64,000 nt of DNA, from NCBI GenBank assembly GCA_016181305.1, contig JACOZN010000002.1, positions 11,619 through 75,618 on the forward strand, given 5' to 3'. A program made the position numbers and the translations under genes. The notes under the pieces are model-generated. The model did not search any database and was not told where the DNA came from. It was given only the letters and a program-made list of their open reading frames with translations. How positions within the stretch are numbered: position 1 is the first letter of the stretch; each line of letters opens with the position of its first letter. The DNA is from Candidatus Woesearchaeota archaeon (GTDB lineage: Archaea > Nanobdellota > Nanobdellia > Woesearchaeales > GW2011-AR4). Below are positions 30,197 to 39,780 of this stretch, in pieces.

Positions 30197-30541
30197 ATGG
30201 GCAAGAAGAAGGAAGAGCAGCAGAGGCAGGAGAAAATCCAGCAGGAGATTTCCAGAATCAACCTTCCAAGGGGCAGGCAGACTTTTGGATTGATAGAGCA
30301 GAGGCTCGGCGCCTCAAGAATGAGGGTCAAGTGCCTTGACGGCAAGACGCGAATTTGCAGGATCCCGGGCAGGCTCACCAGGAAATTGTGGGTTAGGGAA
30401 AGCGACATTGTAATTGTCGAGCCGTGGGAGTATTCAGGTGATGAAAAAGGCGACGTAATGTACAAGTACTCCCCTACGCAGGTCGGGTTTCTAAGGAGAA
30501 AGGGTTATTTGAAGGAGATGGACCAGTTCGAGGAGTTCTGA
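30197..30541 (+). CDS. eif1a: Translation initiation factor aIF-1A
   Basis: LGASRMRVKCLDGKTRICRIPGRL...WVRESDIVIVEPW. Confidence 0.95.
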   Translation: MGKKKEEQQRQEKIQQEISRINLPRGRQTFGLIEQRLGASRMRVKCLDGKTRICRIPGRLTRKLWVRESDIVIVEPWEYSGDEKGDVMYKYSPTQVGFLRRKGYLKEMDQFEEF

Positions 30542-30583
30542 TTCACAGAAATCTTTAAATAAATCTCTTAATAACCTTTTATT

Positions 30584-31180
30584 ATGGGTAAGTTCAGCAT
30601 CAGCTTTTTTGCAATAAACTTCATACTTCTTTTTGTCGGCGTCAGCTTTGTGCTTGCCGTTTTTGAACTGGGCAGGCTTGCATTTGTGCTTGAGCTCGGG
30701 GTTCTGCTTGTCTTGATTGCGGCAACGGCATTTGCTGTTTTTTCAGTTTACCATGGCAAAAAATGGGGCTGGACCATCATCGGAGCTAATTTGGCTGTTG
30801 TGCTGGCTAACATCCTGTTTATTTACGTGATTAAGGGCTTGTTTGAGACAGCGCACATCACGGCAGTATTGTTTTCAATTGCAGGATTAATAACAGCTTT
30901 CCTTAATCTAAGGGGCGAAAAGCAGATTGCACCGGTTCACAATAAAAGGACAGAAGACTACTATCCTTACATCGACAAGATGGAGCCTGAAGCTGCAAAA
31001 GAGCCAAGCATAGAGAAAACCTTCACCCCGGGCAAGTTTGTCGCCAGCAAAAAAGCCAACAAATTTCATGCCGCAAAATGCGACTGGGCGAAAAAAATAG
31101 GCGCTGAAAACCAAATATGGTTCAATTCAAGGGAAGAGGCAGAAAGCAGGGGTTTTGAGGCTGACAAGTGCATTAGTTGA
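30584..31180 (+). CDS. Four-TM membrane protein with C-terminal Ada-like metal-binding domain
   Basis: FVASKKANKFH..KC...KKI...N.IWF.SREEAE.RGF..DKC. Confidence 0.6.
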   Translation: MGKFSISFFAINFILLFVGVSFVLAVFELGRLAFVLELGVLLVLIAATAFAVFSVYHGKKWGWTIIGANLAVVLANILFIYVIKGLFETAHITAVLFSIAGLITAFLNLRGEKQIAPVHNKRTEDYYPYIDKMEPEAAKEPSIEKTFTPGKFVASKKANKFHAAKCDWAKKIGAENQIWFNSREEAESRGFEADKCIS

Positions 31181-31627
31181 TTATTCCTTCCACAATAAAA
31201 CAACCAGCAAAACAATGCTGATTGTCACAGCGCTGTCCGCAATGTTAAATACAGGCCATATTCTGAAGTCTATGAAGTCAATAACCGCCCCATAAGCAAT
31301 CCTGTCAATCAAGTTGCCGATTGTGCCGCCAAGCAATAAGCCAACAGCAAATTGTGTTAATTTTTCATTGTTTTTTACGGCTTTTTTCAAATAATAAAAA
31401 ATGATAATAATCACGATTATTGAGAATAAAACAAAAAACCAATTTAATCCTTTGAACAATCCAAACGCAGAGCCTGTGTTTGTAATATAAGTAATATGAA
31501 GGATGTTTTTAATAAGGGGGATTGATTGGTTTAGCTGAAAATTTTGATTTACCAGGAATTTTGTGAATTGGTCCAGGATAACAATCAACAATGCTGTGGA
31601 AAAAACAAGGGTGTTTTTTTTGTTCAT
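31181..31627 (-). CDS. lspA: Lipoprotein signal peptidase (signal peptidase II)
   Basis: DQFTK, NTGSAFG, GGTIGNLIDR, VIDFID, WPVFNIADS. Confidence 0.92.
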   Translation of the reverse strand: MNKKNTLVFSTALLIVILDQFTKFLVNQNFQLNQSIPLIKNILHITYITNTGSAFGLFKGLNWFFVLFSIIVIIIIFYYLKKAVKNNEKLTQFAVGLLLGGTIGNLIDRIAYGAVIDFIDFRIWPVFNIADSAVTISIVLLVVLLWKE

Positions 31628-31670
31628 TGAAGAAAAAATGAGGAGTAGTGTATAAAAATCTTTTCAAAAG

Positions 31671-32048
31671 TCAATAATACCTTCTCCTTCTCGTGTCTTC
31701 CTGCTCGCCTCTTGCAATTGCCTCGATGTTTGCAAGCCTCTGGTTGATGCTCTCGATTGAAGCCCTTAACGCATCAAGCTTGCTTGAGATCACTTCAAGG
31801 TTTTTCGATGCTATGAAGTTGTCATTTGAGACTGAAGGCTGCTGGAAGGCAGGCTGGGAAGGCTGGAAGCCTTGCTGCTGCAAAGAAGGATATTTCTGGA
31901 ACGGCTGCTGCTCAATGTTCATTCCCAGGTCCGGGGAAGGCCCTGCGCCAATGTCAAGCCCAAGCTCCTTGTCCAGCCCCAGGTCCTTGCCTATCTCTTC
32001 AATATCATCCTTCCTTTTCCAGAACGCGAGCTTGCCTAGGAAACTCAT
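31671..32048 (-). CDS. Hypothetical protein with C-terminal coiled coil
   Basis: LEVISSKLDALRASIESINQRL. Confidence 0.6.
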   Translation of the reverse strand: MSFLGKLAFWKRKDDIEEIGKDLGLDKELGLDIGAGPSPDLGMNIEQQPFQKYPSLQQQGFQPSQPAFQQPSVSNDNFIASKNLEVISSKLDALRASIESINQRLANIEAIARGEQEDTRRRRYY

Positions 32049-32111
32049 CTATTCACCTCTTTAAACTCTAGTATAATATTGCCTTGAGGATTGTGTATAT
32101 AAACATTTTGC

Positions 32112-32267
32112 TCAGGCGCCCTTTAAAAAAATGTAAATCAGGGCAACTGCAAATACAATGAAGCTTACAAACAGCAGTGTATGGAAGATTTTCCTGAACA
32201 TCTCGTGCAGGATAAACATAACTATGAAATAAACGACCACTGCGGCAACTATAGCTGCAAGCACCAT
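32112..32267 (-). CDS. Small two-TM membrane protein (51 aa, not in the ORF track)
   Basis: Manual translation MVLAAIVAAVVVYFIVMFILHEMFRKIFHTLLFVSFIVFAVALIYIFLKGA; directly follows the endonuclease III gene. Confidence 0.6.
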   Translation of the reverse strand: MVLAAIVAAVVVYFIVMFILHEMFRKIFHTLLFVSFIVFAVALIYIFLKGA

Positions 32268-32271
32268 TTTC

Positions 32272-32991
32272 TCACATCTCTTTTTTTGCAGTATAAATAG
32301 TTTTGTAATAACTGCAGTGTGCGCTTATCGGGCATTTGCTGCATAACGGGCTTTTTTTGCATATGTTTTTTCCCAATTCCACAAGCAGTGCATGATACTC
32401 ATTAAATAACTTTTCGCTGTCTGGAAGTTTCAGCATGAACAATCTCTGCAAATCATCGTATTTTGGCTCTTTGAATCCAATCCTGCCAAGTATCCTTTTG
32501 GTATAGGCGTCTATCACAAATATCGGCTTTTTTGCGGCATATAGGATTATTGAGTCGGCAGTCTCAGGACCGATTCCGTTTATTGACAATAACTCGCTTC
32601 TTAGCTTGTTCATGTCTTTTTTGAACAATAAATCCAGCTTTCCTTTATAATTCTTCAACAAGAAACTGCAGAAATTCTTGAGCTTCTTGGCTTTTTGGTT
32701 GTGGTAGCCTGATGATTTGATTATTTTAGCTAATCTTTTGTTTTTTATCTTGATTATTTTTTTGATGTTGATTAAATTGCTCTTGTTCAGCTCAAAAATA
32801 GCCTTCTCGGCATTCTTCCAGCTTGTGTTTTGAGCGAGGATTGCGCCGAAGATCACTTCAAGCTGCTGCTTCCCGTTCTTAGGGCCTCCGGAATATTCTG
32901 GGTGAAGCCTGCCTTCTGCTGTGACGGGCCACCAGGATTGGGGGCCGAAAGAAGAATATAATTTATCATAGAATATACTTAATTTTTCCAT
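32272..32991 (-). CDS. Endonuclease III-related HhH-GPD protein
   Basis: GAILAQNTSW, LLSINGIGPETADSI, VIDAY, C-terminal CX6CX2CX5C Fe-S motif. Confidence 0.88.
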   Translation of the reverse strand: MEKLSIFYDKLYSSFGPQSWWPVTAEGRLHPEYSGGPKNGKQQLEVIFGAILAQNTSWKNAEKAIFELNKSNLINIKKIIKIKNKRLAKIIKSSGYHNQKAKKLKNFCSFLLKNYKGKLDLLFKKDMNKLRSELLSINGIGPETADSIILYAAKKPIFVIDAYTKRILGRIGFKEPKYDDLQRLFMLKLPDSEKLFNEYHALLVELGKNICKKSPLCSKCPISAHCSYYKTIYTAKKEM

Positions 32992-33029
32992 AAAATAAGA
33001 ATTTATTATTGATATATATAATTTATTCC

Positions 33030-34049
33030 CTATGTTGCTCTTAGCAAAGTCCAGTCTAGGTTTTCTATGGGGCCGTCTCTTGATTTTAATCTTCTAAAAA
33101 AAGTTAGTTCATATTTTGCTTCTTTTACAAGTGCCCAAAGCATAATTTCCTGCTCTGCCTTATTCAGCTTCCTTAGTTTATGTTTGTTTTTTAATTGAGA
33201 ATTATGTACAACCACCTGTGAGAGCAATCTTTTATAGAATCCTATAGTTAGATTAGTTGGAACCCCAAATGGCGACATCTCAGCGACTGACACATTTGGC
33301 TTTTCTTTATGCAATTCCTGCATCATAAACTTGAAATAAGCAGCAATTTCTGGAGCAAAAATATTAATCACATTGGAATCTTCCTTGTCGGAATAATAGT
33401 TATACCTGAAAGCCCACCTTTTGACAGGTATTTTTATGTCTGTCCAGAAGCCGTTTGCAATTGCATATTTGTTTCGATCGTTTGAATCCATAACTACCGA
33501 GTACATATTAAAATTATATCTAGGCGATTTCTTGGTTCTTGATGGCACGCTAACGGCAATTGTAGCCCCATCCTTTGAAACTCGTCCTGCTTCTGAGTAA
33601 TCTTCAACTATATTTATGTTATTTCCAGTCCGCAACCCATATGATAAAATTCTCAAAGCATCACAATGCTCGGCTAGTCTTACCCTCCTTTCTTTTTTAT
33701 CATCCTGAAAATCAGCAAATGGTTTGAAGCTGTAACCAGCATGGTATACAGAATCAATTGAGTCAAATTCCCTTTGCCTTAATATCCAAGGCGCCATGCA
33801 GTTATCCGCTGCCTCATCTACGGAGTTTGGAGAAGGAATTCTAACAAAATCGCCATGCTTCAGGAATTTTCTTTGGGAGCCATAACTTTCTGGTACAAGT
33901 CCTTCTTTCAAACGCAGGACTACATGCTGCCCTTCCTTCGCACTAACCACTTTTTCAACAAGTTGGTGGAGTTTATTGACATATACGGGCTCAGAGCCTC
34001 TGACTATCTGGGCTAAACTTGGTTCCTTGAAATATTGCTTTTTTTGCAT
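33030..34049 (-). CDS. Hypothetical protein
   Basis: 339-aa ORF, no recognised motif. Confidence 0.55.
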   Translation of the reverse strand: MQKKQYFKEPSLAQIVRGSEPVYVNKLHQLVEKVVSAKEGQHVVLRLKEGLVPESYGSQRKFLKHGDFVRIPSPNSVDEAADNCMAPWILRQREFDSIDSVYHAGYSFKPFADFQDDKKERRVRLAEHCDALRILSYGLRTGNNINIVEDYSEAGRVSKDGATIAVSVPSRTKKSPRYNFNMYSVVMDSNDRNKYAIANGFWTDIKIPVKRWAFRYNYYSDKEDSNVINIFAPEIAAYFKFMMQELHKEKPNVSVAEMSPFGVPTNLTIGFYKRLLSQVVVHNSQLKNKHKLRKLNKAEQEIMLWALVKEAKYELTFFRRLKSRDGPIENLDWTLLRAT

Positions 34050-34066
34050 GTTTGCAAAAATGAGAT

Positions 34067-34885
34067 TTATTTTGCTGGTTTTTTATTCAACTGCAGATAA
34101 ACCATATTGCTTATATAAACCTGCTTCATAAAGTCAGCTATCCTGTTAATCCATGCCTTTTTGCCCGAATAGTCATGCCTTTGCTCGTCTCTTCCAAATG
34201 GGTCTTTAAATTCATATTTGAATTCATCGGTGTACTCGCCAAACTTCCTGTAAGGCGTTAAAAGTGATTTTATGAATTTAGCCTGGTCTTCTTTCGGAAC
34301 ATCATACATCCTTTTTATCAAGGCTCCCGGAGAAGTTGAATGCCTCCAAAATCCTCTCCTCAGTCTTGCCATTTTTTTGATTCCATCATACTCGTAGCCT
34401 ATGCCAACCAGCTTTGAAATCATATCTCCAAAATTTTTCCCTCCAAGTGATATAAGTTCGCTGAACTTATTGGCTGTCGAAGGGAAGTAAGCATAACTTT
34501 TTGCCTGCTGAATTCCGATATACAAAGCCAGTATTTCAGGTGTATTCATCCTTATAAGAATGCTGTGAGCAACTCCATATTGTCCATTGAATGACTCAAA
34601 GTTATTCATGCCTTCCAAAGCCTTCTCCAATGCAACCCCGTTTGTTTTGCTGTCAATTAACGTTTTTTTATCACTTAACATTGTTTTCTGAAGGAATACC
34701 TTCATATTGTCTTCGGTTGACCCGTAATAAGGCGCGTCATTGAAAACTCTGGCGGATTCTATAGCTTTAAGTATGGGCTGTCTCCTTATCCTATCCTCCA
34801 AGTCCGGAGTTTCATTAAATAGGTCCAATTGAGGTCGGATTGGATTCTCTTGCCCCTTGACTAAGTGTAGATGTCTGCTACCCAT
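34067..34885 (-). CDS. Hypothetical protein
   Basis: 272-aa ORF, no recognised motif. Confidence 0.55.
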   Translation of the reverse strand: MGSRHLHLVKGQENPIRPQLDLFNETPDLEDRIRRQPILKAIESARVFNDAPYYGSTEDNMKVFLQKTMLSDKKTLIDSKTNGVALEKALEGMNNFESFNGQYGVAHSILIRMNTPEILALYIGIQQAKSYAYFPSTANKFSELISLGGKNFGDMISKLVGIGYEYDGIKKMARLRRGFWRHSTSPGALIKRMYDVPKEDQAKFIKSLLTPYRKFGEYTDEFKYEFKDPFGRDEQRHDYSGKKAWINRIADFMKQVYISNMVYLQLNKKPAK

Positions 34886-34932
34886 ATGCTTTCATTACTA
34901 TTTACCCTTTATAAACCTTTCGGTTTTTATAA

Positions 34933-35355
34933 CTAATGAGTAGCAAAAGAACTTGAGGACGGTGCGAAGTATTTATTGGGCATAGTGGGCTCTTCTAGAA
35001 TGTCTTCTAAAGCATAACTTACTACCAGTCTCAAAACTCGCGCCTCTAATCTTGTAATCCCAGCGTCTTCCGATTCTGAGAACACATGTTCTGGCAGTCT
35101 TACCATTCCTAAATCAAGAAGAAATTTTGTGAATGATACCCCCAATGCCCCATGTATGTTATACTTTTCCCACATTTCATGTATGTCTTCCATTAAAATC
35201 AAGTTAGTTAGAATTTTTGGATTTTGTGAAATCTCTTTTGGGTATACCCTCCCCCTTCTCACAAATTCCTGGCGGAAATCTAATTTATCAAACCCGTAAT
35301 ATATTCCTACATTCCTTTGACTATATGCCTCGTCTATGCCTTTCCAGTCTATCAT
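34933..35355 (-). CDS. Hypothetical protein
   Basis: 140-aa ORF directly downstream of rps8e. Confidence 0.5.
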   Translation of the reverse strand: MIDWKGIDEAYSQRNVGIYYGFDKLDFRQEFVRRGRVYPKEISQNPKILTNLILMEDIHEMWEKYNIHGALGVSFTKFLLDLGMVRLPEHVFSESEDAGITRLEARVLRLVVSYALEDILEEPTMPNKYFAPSSSSFATH

Positions 35356-35356
35356 T

Positions 35357-35737
35357 TTAAGAAATCAGCACCGCATTTATTATTCCGTCCTGCCCGGGCC
35401 TGGAGGTTATCCTTGCCTTTCCAAGCTCTGTTTCAATCACAGAGCCCTTTGTCATGATGTTTCTCCTGATAAAATGCCTGTTTGCAGGGTTGTCTGTTAT
35501 TGTCTTGATTTTAATCTGCCTGAATGACTTTGATTTCTGGTCGTAAAGGTTTGCAGTATCTGCCCTCAGCATCCTGAGCTTCCTGTTTGCGCCCATCACT
35601 CTTAAGACAAGCACTTTCTTCTTGCCAAGCTTTGTGAATGAAGGCTCCCTGCCAAGCTCATGCTGCCTTTTCTTGCGGTAATCAATGTACCTTCCGCCTG
35701 TAGCCTTTCTCCTTGCCCTTGATTGTGAAATTGCCAT
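35357..35737 (-). CDS. rps8e: 30S ribosomal protein S8e
   Basis: RKATGGRY...RKKRQHELGREP...TKGSVIETELGKARITSRPGQDG. Confidence 0.97.
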   Translation of the reverse strand: MAISQSRARRKATGGRYIDYRKKRQHELGREPSFTKLGKKKVLVLRVMGANRKLRMLRADTANLYDQKSKSFRQIKIKTITDNPANRHFIRRNIMTKGSVIETELGKARITSRPGQDGIINAVLIS

Positions 35738-35777
35738 AAGAAAAGGTATTATTTAGCAATTTAAATAAGTTTCTGAT

Positions 35778-37167
35778 TTAGCCTCTGACTATTTTGCTTA
35801 GGGCTTTTCCCTGGAAAGCATCATTGATTCTTTGCTCAAGAATGCCTTTCCAGCCGGTTGCAGGATCAACCACTATTTCTTCTCCTGTTACTACATGCCT
35901 ATACCTGTTGCCGCCTATCGGATAGTGCATTTCTTCTGGAGCGATGTGGACAATGAGGATTTCTTTTACATTCTTGCAGTTCGCAAAATATTCCAGAGCA
36001 GAGTCCTCCATAAGATGCCCTGTAGAGCCGTCTGGATTTCCGTCAACACCTGTGCCTTCCCTTGATATGCCCTTGCCTAAAAGCTCTTCTATTGTGACAA
36101 CTTTGTGCCTTTTATTTTTGTCTTGCTGTACATCCATCCATTTCCTCAGATCCAAGCACCTGAAGTTAATTGGGTCAAAAACAAAGCCCCTGTAAGGATC
36201 AAAGTCGTACACGCCGTCTGTCCTTTTTATAAGGATAACCCTTACATTTTCTCCGCCGTATAACTCGGCGATTGCCGTCATATGGCTGTCAGAATCCTGA
36301 AGCGGTATCTGGTCTCTTGCAAGTATGTAATGCGGCGCTATTGTCATCAAAATTATTTTTCTTGCATTGTCTTTGTCAACAAAATAAAAATCCTCGCTTT
36401 GTACAAAATTATAATTCATTAACCAGCCTTAGATTGGTATCAAGCGCTCTTGCTATTAATTCAGGAGTTGCTTTCTTTGTTTCTGGATACTTCTTTATAT
36501 GCCGCAATAATTTAGAGCCGAATTGTCCTGCCCCTACAGCCTCTATAATTTGCTGTTTTGGTGTGGTTAAATGTTTTGGGATGCCTATGTTTTCCGGGAT
36601 TTTATTTTTAATTCGCAGGAGTGCCTCCACAACATATCCTAAATTCGGGCTTTCTTCATTTTCATCCTCAAAATCAAAAGAACTTCCGCCAACCTTAACA
36701 ACGGCAAGGTTTTTAAGAGGATCTTTCGGCGCCCAGAAAATTTTTCCTAAAGTCTCTTCTAACGATTCAATATTCCTTGCAGTATATCTTATACCCCTTC
36801 TGTAACCTTTTTCGAGATTATCTCCGGTGATTTCCTGCCCATAAATAACCTGGGGCAGAAAAGGGTCTATGTCCTTGACTTTCTGTATCTTCATGCCCCC
36901 GCTCTTGTTTGTTATATGGTAAGAGGCATAAACAACAAGGGCGTAATGCGTAGTGTCATGCGATTTCATCTTCTGCACAACATCGTCTATCTCATCAACC
37001 CTTGTTATATGGATTTTGTTCCCTGTCAATCTGTCCAGTATATCTACAACTGACAATGCCTGGGGATGGTAACTGCCGCCGTATCTGTCCCTAACAGACT
37101 GACTTTGTGATAGTCTGCCATCACATACAAGCACGTTTAATTTGGCATAGGGGTTTGGCCTGGGCAT
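35778..37167 (-). pseudogene. Amino-acid-kinase-fold (molybdenum storage protein/uridylate kinase-like) gene split into two overlapping ORFs (36409..37167 and 35778..36419)
   Basis: N half has VVKVGGSSF and EAVGAGQ; C half has IP..DSD and LIKRTDGVYDFDP; +1 frame offset with 11-nt overlap. Confidence 0.6.
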
Positions 37168-37636
37168 TTTTACCTAAGAAGAAATTTAGTCTATTTATAA
37201 AAGTTACTACTTCAGAATAAAGAAATTTAATCCGCCGCCCGGCATAACACCAAGCGGCTGGAGGCTATAGGAAGCTTGAAGAATGCGCCGCTAGTAGCGC
37301 GCTTTTGCCTTCAGCAGGCAGCAACTCTTCACAGGGTATGTTGTTTTCTTTATTAACCGCTTCACATCTTTTGCTTTTCATTTTCATTGCCTCCGTTTAC
37401 TTGTATTTTGACTCCTCGCTTCTGCTGTTGAAATCAACAGCTACAAGGTTTTCAAGGAACTTCTCGCTTTGTGAGCCTGATTGTGTCTTTTGAGTCATTT
37501 TGGCAGCCTCTTTGTGTTTAGGAGAAGATTAGTGCAAATTTTATATATTCTTTTTGTATATTACATATATTTAGAATATAGCATAATATTTAGAATATAG
37601 CATATCAAAATATTTATATAATGATATACATTACCC

Positions 37637-38563
37637 ATGATAATGAAGAGAAAGCTTGTCAAGCAGGGGCTCAGGGCTTTAACCGTAACAATACCATCCT
37701 CATGGATTGATAAGAATAATCTGCATGCCGGAGACGAAGTTGACCTGATTGAAGTTGATGACTCCTTGACATTGTCAACTGAAAAGAAGCAGCCCACAAA
37801 GGAGATAATTGTTGACGTGGGCGGGCTTTTGCCAAGGATGGCTGACAGGTTCATGGCAAGGTCTTACCAGAAAGGCTATGACAAGATAACGGTCAAATTT
37901 GACGATCCTGAACTGATGCTGGCTGTGAAAAACAAGGTTCCTGAACTGATGGGCTTTGAGATTTTGAACATAGGCAAAAACGAGATAGAAGTGCAGGTTA
38001 TATCGCAGCAGCTTGACCTTGACTTTGATGTAATCCTGAGGCGCGCATTCCTCATACTCATGGACATGGCAAAGACATGCCACGACGCATGGAAATCCAA
38101 TGAAAAAAAGTCGCTTGAGAATATTTTTCATCAGGATTTTGACGTAAACAGGTTTTTGTATTTTTGTTTAAGGTATTTGAACAAAAGCCAGAAAGTAATG
38201 AACTTCGGAAGGTCCATACTTTATTACCTGATTGAAAGCCTTGAGGATTTGGGGGATGAGCTAAAGGAATTGGGCAGGCAGCTTGCAGGAATCAAGCCCG
38301 ACAGGGATGTTTTGAATATTCTTGACAAGCTGAATGAAATGTTCAGGAACAGCTACGAGTTCTTTTATGCCCCGGACAAGAGCAAGGCTGTGAGGGCTTT
38401 CAAGCTGAGCAAGGAAATATCAGCTTTGATAGATGGAGCTCTTGCAGTGAAAAACAAGGACTTGACTAAGGCGCTGATGTCAATAGAACTCTCAACAAGA
38501 ATTGTGTACCACCTTACAACTATGAGGCTTGACACCCTTAAGGAATTAAGCGGGGACAAATAA
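37637..38563 (+). CDS. AbrB/PhoU-domain phosphate uptake regulator
   Basis: KRKLVKQG..ALTVTIPSSW...L.AGDEV N-terminus plus PhoU-like helical repeats. Confidence 0.85.
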   Translation: MIMKRKLVKQGLRALTVTIPSSWIDKNNLHAGDEVDLIEVDDSLTLSTEKKQPTKEIIVDVGGLLPRMADRFMARSYQKGYDKITVKFDDPELMLAVKNKVPELMGFEILNIGKNEIEVQVISQQLDLDFDVILRRAFLILMDMAKTCHDAWKSNEKKSLENIFHQDFDVNRFLYFCLRYLNKSQKVMNFGRSILYYLIESLEDLGDELKELGRQLAGIKPDRDVLNILDKLNEMFRNSYEFFYAPDKSKAVRAFKLSKEISALIDGALAVKNKDLTKALMSIELSTRIVYHLTTMRLDTLKELSGDK

Positions 38564-38616
38564 TAATTTGCATTTTATCGATAACTATATATTAAAGCCT
38601 TCTTAAACCATTCTTT

Positions 38617-39039
38617 ATGGAATTCATTGAAATAATCGGCATCATTGCACTGCTGATTCTAGCATTATTCATTGGCTATCTAATAGGCAAATACTTAACA
38701 CAAAAAAAGCTTGAGGAAAAAATACCGGATATAAGGGAAGACGCAATCAGGCACTCAAGGGCTGTTCTGAGCGGGCAGTTCAGCGAGCAGATTGCGCCTT
38801 ATTTGCCAGATTTTCCTTTCAAGCCCACAGAGGCAAGGTTCATAGGCAAGCCGATTGATTTTGTTGTGTTTAAGGGGATGGATGGCAAAAAGATTGACGA
38901 GGTTGTTTTTGTAGAAGTCAAAAGCGGTCAGAGCGTATTGAACAAAGTTGAAAAAACATTAAAGGAAGCAGTGCAGAACAAGAATGTTTCCTGGCATGAA
39001 TACAAAGTGCCTGAGGAAATAACTAAAAACAAACAATAG
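38617..39039 (+). CDS. Holliday junction resolvase-like endonuclease, membrane anchored
   Basis: SRAVLSGQFSEQIAP, FIGKPIDFVVF, VVFVEVKSG. Confidence 0.85.
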   Translation: MEFIEIIGIIALLILALFIGYLIGKYLTQKKLEEKIPDIREDAIRHSRAVLSGQFSEQIAPYLPDFPFKPTEARFIGKPIDFVVFKGMDGKKIDEVVFVEVKSGQSVLNKVEKTLKEAVQNKNVSWHEYKVPEEITKNKQ

Positions 39040-39148
39040 ATATAGAAAATGCTATGCATTCTCGGAGTTTCGGGAATTTTTATTCCCGCAACCTTTATAA
39101 ATACCCCCAATTTCTCAGAACTTAACAAATTTCGAGGTGTTTTAATTT

Positions 39149-39373
39149 ATGGAACCAGCACGCCCATTGGACGCATTGAACAAGTCGCGGGACAAAAGGA
39201 TAATTGTTGAGCTGAAAAACAACAAGCAGTACATAGGCAAGCTCAAGTCCTTTGACATCCACATCAACATTGTTATTGACGATGTCGAGGAAAGGGTCAA
39301 TGGCGAAGTCACAAGGAAGTTCAACACAGTCTTCATTAGGGGCGACACGATAACTGTAATATCAACTGAATAG
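39149..39373 (+). CDS. Sm-like archaeal protein (Lsm/SmAP)
   Basis: RPLDALN...GKLKSFDIHINIV...VFIRGD. Confidence 0.93.
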   Translation: MEPARPLDALNKSRDKRIIVELKNNKQYIGKLKSFDIHINIVIDDVEERVNGEVTRKFNTVFIRGDTITVISTE

Positions 39374-39387
39374 ATTTCTAAGGCAAA

Positions 39388-39540
39388 ATGAAAGGAACGC
39401 CATCAACTTTTTACAAAAAACTTGAACAAATGTCGCAAATCTTCAATTTGCGAGCACGACCGAAAATCGCAATGCGATTTATCGGCGAGTACGCAAGTGC
39501 TACATTTGCTTCGCAAAGCAGCACGAGGTGGAACAAATGA
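39388..39540 (+). other. 50-codon upstream ORF beginning MKGTPS, filled with a hairpin array, stop overlapping the rpl37e start (ATGA)
   Basis: atgaaaggaacgccatca duplicates the rpl37e start atgaagggaaccccgtct; stems tcgcaaat/atttgcga, aaatcgc/gcgattt, gcaagtg/catttgc. Confidence 0.6.
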
Positions 39541-39704
39541 AGGGAACCCCGTCTATGGGCGAGAAGTCCGGCAAGAAGAGCACGATTCACTGCAGAAGAT
39601 GCGGCAAAAGGACATTCAACCTGCACAAGAGAGCATGCAGTTCCTGCGGGTTCGGCAAGAGCAAAAGACTGAGAAGCTATAACTGGCAGAAGAAGATAAG
39701 GTAA
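39537..39704 (+). CDS. rpl37e: 50S ribosomal protein L37e (not in the ORF track)
   Basis: Manual translation MKGTPSMGEKSGKKSTIHCRRCGKRTFNLHKRACSSCGFGKSKRLRSYNWQKKIR. Confidence 0.96.
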   Translation: MKGTPSMGEKSGKKSTIHCRRCGKRTFNLHKRACSSCGFGKSKRLRSYNWQKKIR

Positions 39705-39780
39705 TTTCTGATTTCTAAGTATGACTTATAAGTAGTAAAAACAGAAAGATTTAAATATCAACAAACTACTCTTTATAAAA

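Noticed and set aside
37200-37500. Two short minus-strand ORFs (33 and ~40 aa) and a GC-rich stretch suggestive of 5S or SRP RNA
   Set aside because: No conserved 5S/SRP motifs could be aligned and the peptides have no recognisable features.
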